64,000 nucleotides of DNA from a virus, in the IMG/VR virus record IMGVR_UViG_3300035665_000004, positions 57,947 to 121,946 of that record. One strand, written 5' to 3'. Made by a program: the position numbers and the translations under genes. Under the pieces are notes generated by a model that was given only the letters and a program-made list of their open reading frames with translations, was not told where the DNA came from and did no database searches. This document shows positions 40,401-48,158 of this stretch, in pieces. Each line of letters begins with the position of its first letter. Position 1 is the first letter of the stretch.

Positions 40401-41667
40401 AATCTGTATCATATACCAATTTATATTTTGGTCCACCAACTTCGGCTTGCCAGAACATCAATGAAGGGTCTGCGGAAATTTCATCATCTGACAAAACCAC
40501 ATTTTCTCCATCTACACCAATATCATATTTTCTAAATTGGTGATAATAGAATAATTTTGAACTTTCAACGAATACATTAATACCATTTTCAGAAATATAA
40601 GTATAATCACTACCACCAGAAACTAAAGGTGCTGTAACTTTATCAAATTTTGATGCAGATACTAAAGTAGTTACTAATTCCTGATTATCCATACCGTTTA
40701 CAGTGGTAGCAACTACATTATATGTAACCAACATTGGTTTAGTAGTTGTAACATCTTGTTCAACACCATCAATAACATCCCTAACCGTTACAGTCATGGT
40801 TTCCAAATATACTTGGTTATCATTACGTTTCAAGGGAACTTTAACCACATTTGTACCAATAGGACTTTTGATTTCAAATAATGCAGACGTTTGAGGATCA
40901 ACATATTTAACACCAGCATTTTCATCATAAATCATATCAAAACTAAACACTGAACCGAATGTATTAGTAAATTTTGTATATGGTTCAACCAATAAATCTG
41001 TAGGTGCATTTTGTCTATAACTTCTACCATCAACATTCAAATAAAATAAATTTGATGCCTCATCAGTGTAATAATAAATGGTATTATTACCTTCTATGAT
41101 TTTAGAAAGTTGTAATTTGTTAGAATCTGTGATTCTTTTTTTGATTGCAATTTGAATAGCACGGTCTAAAACAGTTTTTGCCCGTGTAACTTTTTTACTA
41201 GGTTGAAACTTCATTACCATATCATTGTCTTCTGGGAAGAAAACAGGTAAATTTGGTGCAATTGGCAATTTCATCATTTTACTCATATCTTGACCGATAT
41301 TACCAACGGTATAATTCAAAATATGTCCACCAATACTAATACCTCTTTTTTGACCATCAATAGTTCTTGGTTCAAAAGGTGATTCATTAGTATTTAAATT
41401 TGAAACCCAAACACCAGTGTCACCTTGTTCGCCAGTTCTGAATGGCACAAAGTTTCTATTGATTTCAATAAACCCTGATTTTTCGAGATTTCTTTTATTT
41501 ACTTCGACATCACGTTCAACCTGTGTAGTTTCTGGTAATCCAAAAATCACATTGATTTCCGCAACTCGATTATCCAAATAATCTAAGATGCTACCTTCTT
41601 TAGCTTTAAGATCATTACTGATCTTAGTAAAGACTTCGGCATGTAACTGATCTAATCTAATACCCAT
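34453..41667 (-). CDS. Very large virion structural protein (baseplate/tail-associated), 2404 aa
   Basis: Lies in the late structural cluster and is beta-rich. Contains RRNQGVYHPEFN and RPDGLLYDEI..RDIIDLR motifs, a coiled coil, a PA14-like segment and C-terminal Y.K.E helical repeats. Confidence 0.6.
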   Translation of the reverse strand: MGIRLDQLHAEVFTKISNDLKAKEGSILDYLDNRVAEINVIFGLPETTQVERDVEVNKRNLEKSGFIEINRNFVPFRTGEQGDTGVWVSNLNTNESPFEPRTIDGQKRGISIGGHILNYTVGNIGQDMSKMMKLPIAPNLPVFFPEDNDMVMKFQPSKKVTRAKTVLDRAIQIAIKKRITDSNKLQLSKIIEGNNTIYYYTDEASNLFYLNVDGRSYRQNAPTDLLVEPYTKFTNTFGSVFSFDMIYDENAGVKYVDPQTSALFEIKSPIGTNVVKVPLKRNDNQVYLETMTVTVRDVIDGVEQDVTTTKPMLVTYNVVATTVNGMDNQELVTTLVSASKFDKVTAPLVSGGSDYTYISENGINVFVESSKLFYYHQFRKYDIGVDGENVVLSDDEISADPSLMFWQAEVGGPKYKLVYDTDYRTYLSIGSEIPATGKIQVTDNISNGALDTPVYTINTESLAYYRIDTVMFQDTNDMTVLDKNGVFTNTLNNAGDKPNVYRPITFVDGTLNAVMVGPLSSSPKYSKGKEFYYHHKVGTKYYRKKNKDIYYIDSEGKLYTPAQDVQEIFSGTITNTDTAVVSNQMFYKANGLVFFFDSENLRTYVENEYSQQIQLTSLDGYRVFQKLDGTKVYVVDATKMVTIAADGTETEVTVAYSELSPLFETENVLEDVLNLVISVPFNFVQGNVVLTRNGTQLARYFDYNVEAVLKLSKDLEFNEDTKKGDTLYVKRVGKKDIILRLEKKGSPNTATVLTNDVAGHWKNNTGDIVMPEPLTGNHFDWTEGELLTAGKQLDFHDIVKAKNNRYYQYTGSPLAYEQMGDNKAIIVDPLSVFWEDVTVYELEYERKGQNFRIIDAAEGDTIRFTVIRRVWEQNPVTGEMVIITKPTYSIERIAANNGSNMFVINDANFMLDKNPALASYILILENIKYWSTYTNNRANKFLLNLTGIQTVAKNEDAAMIYGDEYFLSNYVLYLTTAQITDSMVLSRIQAPQAELKIDFNSTVVQPTVTIPFEIIKNKFDIVVPQALYGHEYTWFMGDLLPDGKTLTNGDVVFDKANVKFYKYIGPTKGKMVNGKFVPTTRESLLRQPENVQKEILRQYYKLALDLTPNRYWIELEKIWAGQAELLSKSDGLSLTYLVPSGRGDGLSVLNTSDTKVNEYLQVAKSNIITAAVHVLNDAAIDAFEITDIMTAGVKTTIKAVLATNVDQFVLKKVKVDALGEPILNEDGENIYEYSYTRNFMVETGINPTTGKVQFISRTISGVETPLLNMWEDITGSKVGYYRFGKTFTILHTKATDEVVVRLLSSGVDVFTSTRVASQGGELTFAIDFNIEYDDGTEIPFEVVHEQINWSEGDDYVQDGQTLTLSMIDSVGQNVVVRRNDAFDLIDIVVLERKDLVFIETWHEDVSETGFIFPFGNVQYQGTTADGVPTTVFDHVFYDTVSGESTVIDGGAKKYCQMFQKGDIVYNYYGGTSFEAADADEIKYINSTFVEDTTVGKGWKLSALSDVERTTIFRNADHNLYYSGETLIQVRYRTRVVALNLFNNYFKGTSDYMSQGLRFQGKSPVTSRIVTREIGTYTTADGVGKAGQPILETAQIFAGGNLIIASSHNSLLYKEGKLYDDSLFTVEEKTPLSYNGYVHAIPVAIINRRNQGVYHPEFNDNGTGFFINGIYVSEDKPNFADDITGFTLVDERHATLETSSVGRDRKAKFKVMLRWLFSIDYKAGGSMVSKTTYRPDGLLYDEINTRDIIDLRIDANDQRKRIEDLELAVDKNYKKLVDLTEETHIKFDQTTNYINTTANLLYKHIATTEAAIRKDMNAQDAVLTLGLETTNTHLADLSANVFTKDISKNLLIDTIDGIVGDMDNDAFDSWRSSTGNGYGLKDTSGAVLQRPNKVYISDMITAFVENMEGPYTKLEFMKFLVTVLKTVTGKTMLSATELDRWIKRLSVKNLGVDVSAEFYSRAETLELIYEGFILASSARVLPPVGTDNVTNWEWLGVRYAGFLGSKNLELVQDFLENGRTPVATKNVKTNSLTKTYTDVLGNEFNSGFIAGPTVWGNVHNYHAIYTTWIFVSTPFKIDNVKLNGDDPHAVFINKEIIARNKYCCRDTAYSYDFAVSGWYRIDLAYSESDGGHYVQLGWNPTDYKANIKYMTTSNMDNAVEITKMRLDNWAAKLKSLTSSIKGDATGYFTKLETKLILISGLSKIRDHILTKGTAINDTELGAFHTSLENWIDNKDVVNPGKFSALGYTVQPDMTTGNAIARADEFRPIPSTNGAYNKEEAFEIVKAGLKLSNGIDPISSADINKWVSRLNVSISMTTPTYYTKTQIDAMFKDGINYLAGLDTVTSFEIDKWMQELVTKKSTVYTTAAGAPIVEAVATNAYSKVNFKTMLVTQLTAILGAQATKTM

Positions 41668-41867
41668 AATGTGTATTCTCCCATATAGTTAATTTTAAAA
41701 TTATGTTACTGCTTTGTTGAATATCATCATGATTTATGCATGGGAGGAATTTTATAGACAAATTCACATAATCGTGAATACAAAGAATATAAAAGTTACC
41801 ACATGCCGTCACAAAGGTATTCAACGCCAATTCCGAGACGGTTTTCCAGGAAATGGTTTCTTATTTT

Positions 41868-41875
41868 TATTTATA
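41868..41875 (-). promoter_or_regulatory. T4-type late promoter TATAAATA
   Basis: Exact motif about 200 bp upstream of ATG 41667. Confidence 0.65.
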
Positions 41876-41923
41876 CTAAACTTACTTTTTTAAGTCATCA
41901 ATTCAAATTATTTAAACCACCAA

Positions 41924-42382
41924 TTAATTAGAAATAATTATTATATCTGCTCGTTTTGAATTTGGAATAATAATGGTATTTCCATTCTGATTATATTCAA
42001 ATGTAGATAAAGTTAACCCATTTCTCGTTATATCGAATGAATTATTAACTATATCAAAAGAGGGGGTAAGTGGCTGTTCTTTTTTAGTAAGTTTAAATTC
42101 ATCTCTACGTTTAACAGGAGTTAACTCTACCCATCCACTCCCATGAAACAATTTTATAATTTGTTCAGATGTATCATACCACAGTTGTCCAGGCATAGAA
42201 TTTTCAGGGGGAACATCATCTGCAAAATTTTGTAATATTTTCAATAAATTTTCATTATTAGTTTTTATCAAATCTGTTGCACCTTTACCAATTAATTTTA
42301 TACCCGCTAACTCTTTTATAGTTTTATTAGGCACATCGGCTAAGGAGGCGTAACCATCTGTTTTAGTTAATATGATTGACAT
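41924..42382 (-). CDS. Short virion protein consisting mainly of the ENFA/GQLWYD anchor domain
   Basis: IGKG...NENLLKILQNFA...P....GQLWYD, the same anchor as the propeller proteins, with only a roughly 60-aa C-terminal domain. Confidence 0.6.
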   Translation of the reverse strand: MSIILTKTDGYASLADVPNKTIKELAGIKLIGKGATDLIKTNNENLLKILQNFADDVPPENSMPGQLWYDTSEQIIKLFHGSGWVELTPVKRRDEFKLTKKEQPLTPSFDIVNNSFDITRNGLTLSTFEYNQNGNTIIIPNSKRADIIIISN

Positions 42383-42409
42383 ATATGATCCTTTAAAATT
42401 TTTAAAATA

Positions 42410-42443
42410 TTTATCCTCTTTGGCATGACATCGGACTAAAGTC
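42410..42443 (+). mobile_element. Putative IS200/IS605 end remnant after TTTAT
   Basis: TTTAT|CCTCTTTGGCATGACATCG-GAC-TAAA-GTC; GACTAAAGTC is the characteristic subterminal mini-hairpin. Confidence 0.4.
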
Positions 42444-42524
42444 TAAGAATAGATAGGAAAGTTCTTAATTAATTTTTTAAAACCAGAGTATTTTCATGAT
42501 GATTGTTTGTAGGAAAAAAAGTCA

Positions 42525-42565
42525 AAAATAAGGTCTACCCAGAAATATGATGTAGACCTTATTTT
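42525..42565 (-). terminator. Intrinsic terminator
   Basis: AAAATAAGGTCTAC / GTAGACCTTATTTT, just past the stop at 42583. Confidence 0.65.
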
Positions 42566-42582
42566 AATTGCATAAATTTAGA

Positions 42583-44049
42583 TTACATTGCTTTAATTAA
42601 CAAATAACCCAATGCACCTGCACCACCTGCAGACGATTTATGTGTACCAGGAGCACGTTCACCTGGGGATGCTAGTTTTGGAGCAACGATTGAATCTGGA
42701 TAAATTCCACCACCGCCACCACCGCCATATCCTGGGTTTGCACTACCACAAACACCTGCACCGCCACCGCCACCTGCACCATAACCAATACCACCCTCAC
42801 CAATACCCGATTTAGGATAAGCAGTATATGTTGGATGTGTTACATTTGGTTGTGGTAAACTTCTACCACCAGTACCATATAATATATGATATGTCGATAG
42901 TGAGGAATACAACGCAGAACCCTGTCCAGTACCTGCACTAAATGTTGATGATCCAGTAGAATCACCACCTGCAGAACCACCATTACCACCATCACCGCCT
43001 GGCGGATTAGATTCTCCATTTGATGCACCTTCACCACCACCAGAACCACCAGAACCACCACCAGCACCAGAACCGTTAAATGATGGTATGCCACCACCAG
43101 CACCACCAGCTGCTGTAAAGATAACTGAATTATTAGACATATCAGTTACAGTAGTTGCGATCCCATTACCACCAACTTTATATGCTTGACCGACACCACC
43201 AGAACCTACGGTAACTTTATACGTTCTATCAGCATACAAATACACGTTACTAGCAATGTTTAATACCCCAGAACCACCACCACCGCCAGAAGAATGCCCA
43301 ACATCCGTTGAACCAGATGAAGCACCACCTGCACCACCGCCACCTAAACCAATCAATACATAATTTCCAGATGCAGCAGGTTGGAAAGTTTTATCTCCAG
43401 CAACGTTAAAATGTGTTTCACCGACACCACCTAACTGTGCAGGTTTACTAATAGATAATGAAACTGATAAATCATGTGTTAAACCACCTTCGGTTAATCT
43501 TATGGTAATAACTTTACTTCCTTCAATAACATTATCTAATGTCATGGTTAGTGATTCTTGACTTGCAATACCTGTTGTTTTTGAAAATGTCATACCTACA
43601 GGTACATTTAAGATACTAAATGAATTAGTAGCATTAATTGCAGGTCCACCATTCCCATAAAAAATTTGGAATGTTGTTGTACTACCATTTTGAATATTAC
43701 TACCAACATTTAGCGTATGACGCATAAATCCAATAACATTATCTACTACAGCAGATATTGTTTTAGTAACTGTGGATGATACATTTCCAGCAGTGTCAGT
43801 TGCGTATGCAGAGTATGTATAATTACCCGATGAAGCAAAAGTTGTAATAAACGATGCAGCATTACCACTTGCTGGGTAAACCGTGGTTACATTTGATGAA
43901 TTAGTAACAGTAAATGACGCGATATTTCCACCATTACTTGAACCATCTAAAGTCGTTGAAAATTGCGAACCCACAGGTACCTGTGGTAATAAATTAAAAT
44001 TTACGGAAATTGCCACTTTACGACGTGGCGAATTTTGTTGGAGAAACAT
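42583..44049 (-). CDS. Tail-tip protein with PKD/Ig-like and glycine-rich domains
   Basis: LDGSS...GNYT...ATDTAGNVS Ig/PKD-like segment and a C-terminal GLGGGGAGG...VTVGSGG poly-glycine domain. Confidence 0.6.
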   Translation of the reverse strand: MFLQQNSPRRKVAISVNFNLLPQVPVGSQFSTTLDGSSNGGNIASFTVTNSSNVTTVYPASGNAASFITTFASSGNYTYSAYATDTAGNVSSTVTKTISAVVDNVIGFMRHTLNVGSNIQNGSTTTFQIFYGNGGPAINATNSFSILNVPVGMTFSKTTGIASQESLTMTLDNVIEGSKVITIRLTEGGLTHDLSVSLSISKPAQLGGVGETHFNVAGDKTFQPAASGNYVLIGLGGGGAGGASSGSTDVGHSSGGGGGSGVLNIASNVYLYADRTYKVTVGSGGVGQAYKVGGNGIATTVTDMSNNSVIFTAAGGAGGGIPSFNGSGAGGGSGGSGGGEGASNGESNPPGGDGGNGGSAGGDSTGSSTFSAGTGQGSALYSSLSTYHILYGTGGRSLPQPNVTHPTYTAYPKSGIGEGGIGYGAGGGGGAGVCGSANPGYGGGGGGGIYPDSIVAPKLASPGERAPGTHKSSAGGAGALGYLLIKAM

Positions 44050-44061
44050 AATTACCTCCTC

Positions 44062-44610
44062 TTACATAGTTCCAGTGATTACACACGCAAAATCAGCAAG
44101 TGTTGAATCAACTGTTACTGGTGAAACAATCGCAATAATATCACCGGCAACAAGTGTAATTTCTGGTGTAGAAATTGTTCCCGTTGTAGAACCAGAAGAA
44201 AATGTTACTGTTCCAACAACAGAACCATTTTTAGTAACCTTGAAAACTGTCGATAAGGTTGCTGAAATTCCAGATTTCATGTAACTACCATTCATATTAG
44301 CAGGGATAGTAACGTTGCGTGGAACAATCACTTTTACTAAAGTTTCACCAGATAATGGTTTACCGTTAACAAATTGTGCAATGTCAAATGGTAATGATGT
44401 TGGTGCACCACCACCAGTTCCAGAGGTAGATGCAACACCAATTTTTTCCCAAGCCCCTTTTGCATTCTTTTTATATTGTACACCATCATCTTTTTCAACA
44501 GTAGTATTAGTTGGTGCGTTTACAACATCACTAGCAACGGAAACAACATTATTATTTTTACTTGCATCACCAACATAGCTAGTGAACTTAAATTTACTTA
44601 AAACACCCAT
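44062..44610 (-). CDS. Tail adaptor-like protein (LSKFKF N-terminal module)
   Basis: The N-terminal 58 aa are paralogous to 50212..50769; the C-terminal beta domain is different. Confidence 0.55.
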   Translation of the reverse strand: MGVLSKFKFTSYVGDASKNNNVVSVASDVVNAPTNTTVEKDDGVQYKKNAKGAWEKIGVASTSGTGGGAPTSLPFDIAQFVNGKPLSGETLVKVIVPRNVTIPANMNGSYMKSGISATLSTVFKVTKNGSVVGTVTFSSGSTTGTISTPEITLVAGDIIAIVSPVTVDSTLADFACVITGTM

Positions 44611-44625
44611 ATCAATATACTCCTA

Positions 44626-45276
44626 TTAAATACCAAACCAAGTTAAAACATTACTATCATTAGTAGCCATATACAGTAAACCTGTGTCGGTATCTTTCCA
44701 TATTGAGCCATCGGTTGCAGACACTGGTGCATTTGCTTGTTGATAATATCTTATATAACCTGAACTAGAAACACCATCAAATAGAGTAGCATCAGCAGCT
44801 TTTTCAGTTTTACCCAATTTACCACTCACAGCGGCATCATTTGATAAAACATAACCAGCAAATGCATTATCATTAGTAGTATCAACTGAGTTAATCAAAG
44901 TAACGATTTCAGCAAATGAATCTTTATCAGCAGATGATGCAGATAAAATAGCATCAATTCTGGCTTTTTCTGTATTAACTGCGACTTTATACGCAGCATC
45001 TAAAGCAGAAATGGTATTTGTTAGAGTGGTATCAGCAGATTGTCTCGCAGATGTTTCCGCAGCTAAATTATTTGTTAGAGTGGTATCAGCAGATTGTCTC
45101 GCAGATGTTTCCGCAGCTAAATTATTTGTTAGAGTGGTATCAGCAGATTGTCTCGCAGATGTTTCCGCAGCTAAATTGTTGGACAATGTGGTATTTCCCG
45201 CCTGTCTAGCAGATGCTTCAGTCGCAACTGAAGCAGCAATAACACTACCCATTTTTTTAAAAATTGAATCGACCAT
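44626..45276 (-). CDS. Tail fibre-like protein, DSIFKKMG family (copy B)
   Basis: MVDSIFKKMG with 18-aa coiled-coil repeats. C-terminal IRY.QQANAP...DGSIWKDTDTG domain shared with 50802..51335. Confidence 0.65.
   Translation of the reverse strand: MVDSIFKKMGSVIAASVATEASARQAGNTTLSNNLAAETSARQSADTTLTNNLAAETSARQSADTTLTNNLAAETSARQSADTTLTNTISALDAAYKVAVNTEKARIDAILSASSADKDSFAEIVTLINSVDTTNDNAFAGYVLSNDAAVSGKLGKTEKAADATLFDGVSSSGYIRYYQQANAPVSATDGSIWKDTDTGLLYMATNDSNVLTWFGI
44861..44970. repeat. 110-bp dispersed repeat, copy 2
   Basis: About 96% identical by eye to 11251..11360, same orientation. Confidence 0.9.
45016..45177. repeat. Perfect 3 x 54-bp in-frame tandem repeat
   Basis: Units start at 45016, 45070 and 45124. 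Encodes NLAAETSARQSADTTLTN three times. Confidence 0.95.
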
Positions 45277-45352
45277 TTTTTATTCTCCCATTTATAAACA
45301 TAGTTTTACTAAACGTAAGTTATATAAACCTAAAATATTATATAACTTATGA

Positions 45353-45360
45353 TATTTATA
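45353..45360 (-). promoter_or_regulatory. T4-type late promoter TATAAATA
   Basis: Exact motif upstream of ATG 45276. Confidence 0.7.
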
Positions 45361-45448
45361 TCTCTGAGAGATTTACATCTTTGGTGGTTGAAATCACAGT
45401 GAATATTTTTCACAATATTCACTGTGACAAAATTATTTTAACTGAGTA

Positions 45449-46465
45449 TTATTGAATTAAACTGTCACACAGTTTACATTTCCAGCAATCAAAGTTACAA
45501 TTTCTAATAGTTTTTAACCACTCCTGCCATTTTTCATCAGAAACATTATACTTACTTTTCAATATTTGGAATTCATCTACTAAATGAGTATTCGTATCAA
45601 AATGGGATACTATTGCTAAACTATTTTCAAAAACTTTTCTGTTTTCTCTACCATGCATTTTAAATACATCAACTATTTCCAAACCTTGTAAAAATTCTTG
45701 ATCATATACAATATTAGCTCTTTTAAAACCATAACTTTTATCTTCTCTTTCCCATTTAATACAAGAGATAGAATTCATTTCGGATTTAAAAAACACTTTA
45801 TTTTGTGTAGTTGGATTATTATTTACATTGTACAAATAATGTTCCTCTTGAATGGGACAGTTACCAACACAACTTTCATTATATAAAATTGATAATCTCA
45901 ATTTTTTACCTAGTTTTTGTTGTGCTGCATTTCGTGCTTCATCAATTAATTTCAGTTTTTCCTGACTTCTCATCAAATTCCTATCAAGATTAACATAATC
46001 AAAACCATTAATAAATGAATCATAAACCTGTCTTGGTTCTGTTAATGCCCACAAAACCGTATTTTTTAAATATAAATCAGGAAATTCTCTCTGAATATCT
46101 CCAAACATCAACCAACTTGTAAATGGTAAAGTTGCACTTCTAACACCAGATTCATACAACGATTTAAAATTCGCAATCCATATTTTCAAATTTTGATAAT
46201 TTGGTGAAATAAACTTATTATTAAAAGTTGCGGAAATAGGTACACCTGTTTTATACTGAACATACAACGCAGTATCAATCGAAGCCGCGGAATCCTCATT
46301 ATAAAAAATAGTACCCATTGCATCTTGATTAAATGGTGGTATTCTACTAGTAAAATAAATATCAAATATTGATTCCCGGTTTTCAATCAAAAATGGAATA
46401 ATATCATTATCTAAATATTCAGGGGCAATATCTGGGTATAATGGAATGGTAAACTGTTTTTTCAT
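45449..46465 (-). CDS. Peptidase U32-like Fe-S protein
   Basis: GVPISATFN, LDRNLMR, LYNESCVGNCP...H and DVFKMHGRE match the U32 (beta/alpha)8 pattern. C-terminal CNFDCWKCKLC. Confidence 0.6.
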   Translation of the reverse strand: MKKQFTIPLYPDIAPEYLDNDIIPFLIENRESIFDIYFTSRIPPFNQDAMGTIFYNEDSAASIDTALYVQYKTGVPISATFNNKFISPNYQNLKIWIANFKSLYESGVRSATLPFTSWLMFGDIQREFPDLYLKNTVLWALTEPRQVYDSFINGFDYVNLDRNLMRSQEKLKLIDEARNAAQQKLGKKLRLSILYNESCVGNCPIQEEHYLYNVNNNPTTQNKVFFKSEMNSISCIKWEREDKSYGFKRANIVYDQEFLQGLEIVDVFKMHGRENRKVFENSLAIVSHFDTNTHLVDEFQILKSKYNVSDEKWQEWLKTIRNCNFDCWKCKLCDSLIQ

Positions 46466-46471
46466 AAAAGT

Positions 46472-47173
46472 TTACTCAGCATCATCTTCATCGGATTTAA
46501 TTAATAATGTGTCCAACATTAATTTTTGTGATTCTGGTTTCATACCAGAAACAGTATGTTCCTCAATTGCGGCAATATAAAGATTTGAACTAACTGCATG
46601 ACTAACAGCATTTTGAACAATTAGATTTTGGTGTTCTTGTGGCATACTCATGATAGCATCTAAAACACCTTTACCAATTCTACCAGTTGTCATAATATCA
46701 ACTTGTGCCTCCTTAATAAATTTGTTAATCCAATATTCTTCTTCACCATTACCATCGAGCATTAATTCTTCCATGTTTCCACATTTTTCTTTAAGAACTG
46801 CGTATTCTTTTTCCAAAACATTAATTTCATATTCCATATTCATTACATTTTTTCTTAATGCTGATAAATCAATTTCTCTACGAGAAATTTTAAGTTCCTG
46901 TATTTCACGGTCGATCCCATTACACACTGAAATGTTTTGTTGAAGAAGTTTAATTTCCAACTCCTCAATTTTGATGTCCGTTTGATATAGTTTATGATTT
47001 TTATAGCGAGTTTCTAATTCTAATAATATTTGTCTTAGAATTCTATGGGGGGTTAATTTCTCACCAACAACAAAATGGTCAATTTGATATTGACTCATAC
47101 TGGTGTGGTGTTTTGTGATTAAATCTTCAATTTCTGTTTTGTAAGTAGGTTCTACCATAATATTTCTCCTCAA
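46472..47173 (-). CDS. Coiled-coil protein of the TP.R..RQ family
   Basis: MSQYQIDHFVVGEKLTPHRILRQILLELETR; similar to 21731..22729. Confidence 0.65.
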   Translation of the reverse strand: MRRNIMVEPTYKTEIEDLITKHHTSMSQYQIDHFVVGEKLTPHRILRQILLELETRYKNHKLYQTDIKIEELEIKLLQQNISVCNGIDREIQELKISRREIDLSALRKNVMNMEYEINVLEKEYAVLKEKCGNMEELMLDGNGEEEYWINKFIKEAQVDIMTTGRIGKGVLDAIMSMPQEHQNLIVQNAVSHAVSSNLYIAAIEEHTVSGMKPESQKLMLDTLLIKSDEDDAE

Positions 47174-47220
47174 GGATGTTTAAAATTATAGAACCTATTT
47201 TACATTACTTTATTCCAAAA

Positions 47221-47913
47221 TTAGAATGTTTCAACAGAAATTTTCAATTCATTTAATGCAGCATCAGTTGCAGCTGTTTGAATTTGTGTTTCTAAAGCTT
47301 GTTTAGAACCAATAAGTTCAGAAACTAAACCTTGATATATAGTTGCTTTTTCAACAACTTTTTGTGCTAATTCATCAACAGTGATACCTCTACCAACTGC
47401 AATACCTGATAATAAAGGTGTTGCTGCAGTTGAATCTGCTAAAAATGCTTTTGCTTCAGCTAACTGTGAATCCCATGTAGATTTTTCAATAGATGAAAAT
47501 TGATTAAAATACGATGATAATTTTTTGTCTAAATTTCTATTAAGTGCAAGTACTAAAATGAATTTTTTAGAGTTTACTTGACTAACTTTTTGTGCATCAG
47601 TTAAAGAAACTAATATTTTTTCTTTTCCTTCATTTACTGCACCAAATGCACTGAATTTTGACACTTCACCATCAACAACATGAAAATGTTGTAAACCACT
47701 TGCAATTTCTTCCGTAACTTCAACCATGTTGAATCCATCAACGATTACAGGTGTATAACCAACAAACCACGAATCCAAACCAATCATGACTGTAGATGGG
47801 ACAAATTGTTTAATAGCCGAATTTGGTGTTTCACCAATACTATTTGGTGTGTACAATACAATTTTTTTACCAGAGATCAAATCTCCTAAATTTACGTCCG
47901 CTTCAATTGACAT
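47221..47913 (-). CDS. Tail fibre assembly/chaperone-like protein
   Basis: EKSTWDSQLAEAKAF.AD..AATPLL..IA..RG....LA.KV..KA..Y...L.G..Q motif, typical of fibre-adjacent phage chaperones. Confidence 0.6.
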   Translation of the reverse strand: MSIEADVNLGDLISGKKIVLYTPNSIGETPNSAIKQFVPSTVMIGLDSWFVGYTPVIVDGFNMVEVTEEIASGLQHFHVVDGEVSKFSAFGAVNEGKEKILVSLTDAQKVSQVNSKKFILVLALNRNLDKKLSSYFNQFSSIEKSTWDSQLAEAKAFLADSTAATPLLSGIAVGRGITVDELAQKVVEKATIYQGLVSELIGSKQALETQIQTAATDAALNELKISVETF

Positions 47914-47925
47914 ATAAACTCCTAA

Positions 47926-48144
47926 TTATTTAATATTATTAACTTTAATTTGAAGTTGATTTAACGCATCATTTAGTGATGAAATACGTGAATCAACTTC
48001 AGTTTTCGTATAGTAACGAGTTGCGTGTGAATGGTTATTATCAGTAATACTGATTTGTGGAGTATCTTTAACAAAGTTCCAATCTACTTTTCCCGCAGCA
48101 TCTACTACGTTATTACCATTGATTTCAAATGTTTTTACTTGCAT
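47926..48144 (-). CDS. 72-aa protein equal to the N-terminal module of the two propellers at 48159-50198
   Basis: GKVDW..VK.TP...HSH..RYY shared with 48159..49148 and 49158..50198. Confidence 0.6.
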   Translation of the reverse strand: MQVKTFEINGNNVVDAAGKVDWNFVKDTPQISITDNNHSHATRYYTKTEVDSRISSLNDALNQLQIKVNNIK

Positions 48145-48158
48145 TTCAATCTCCTTTA

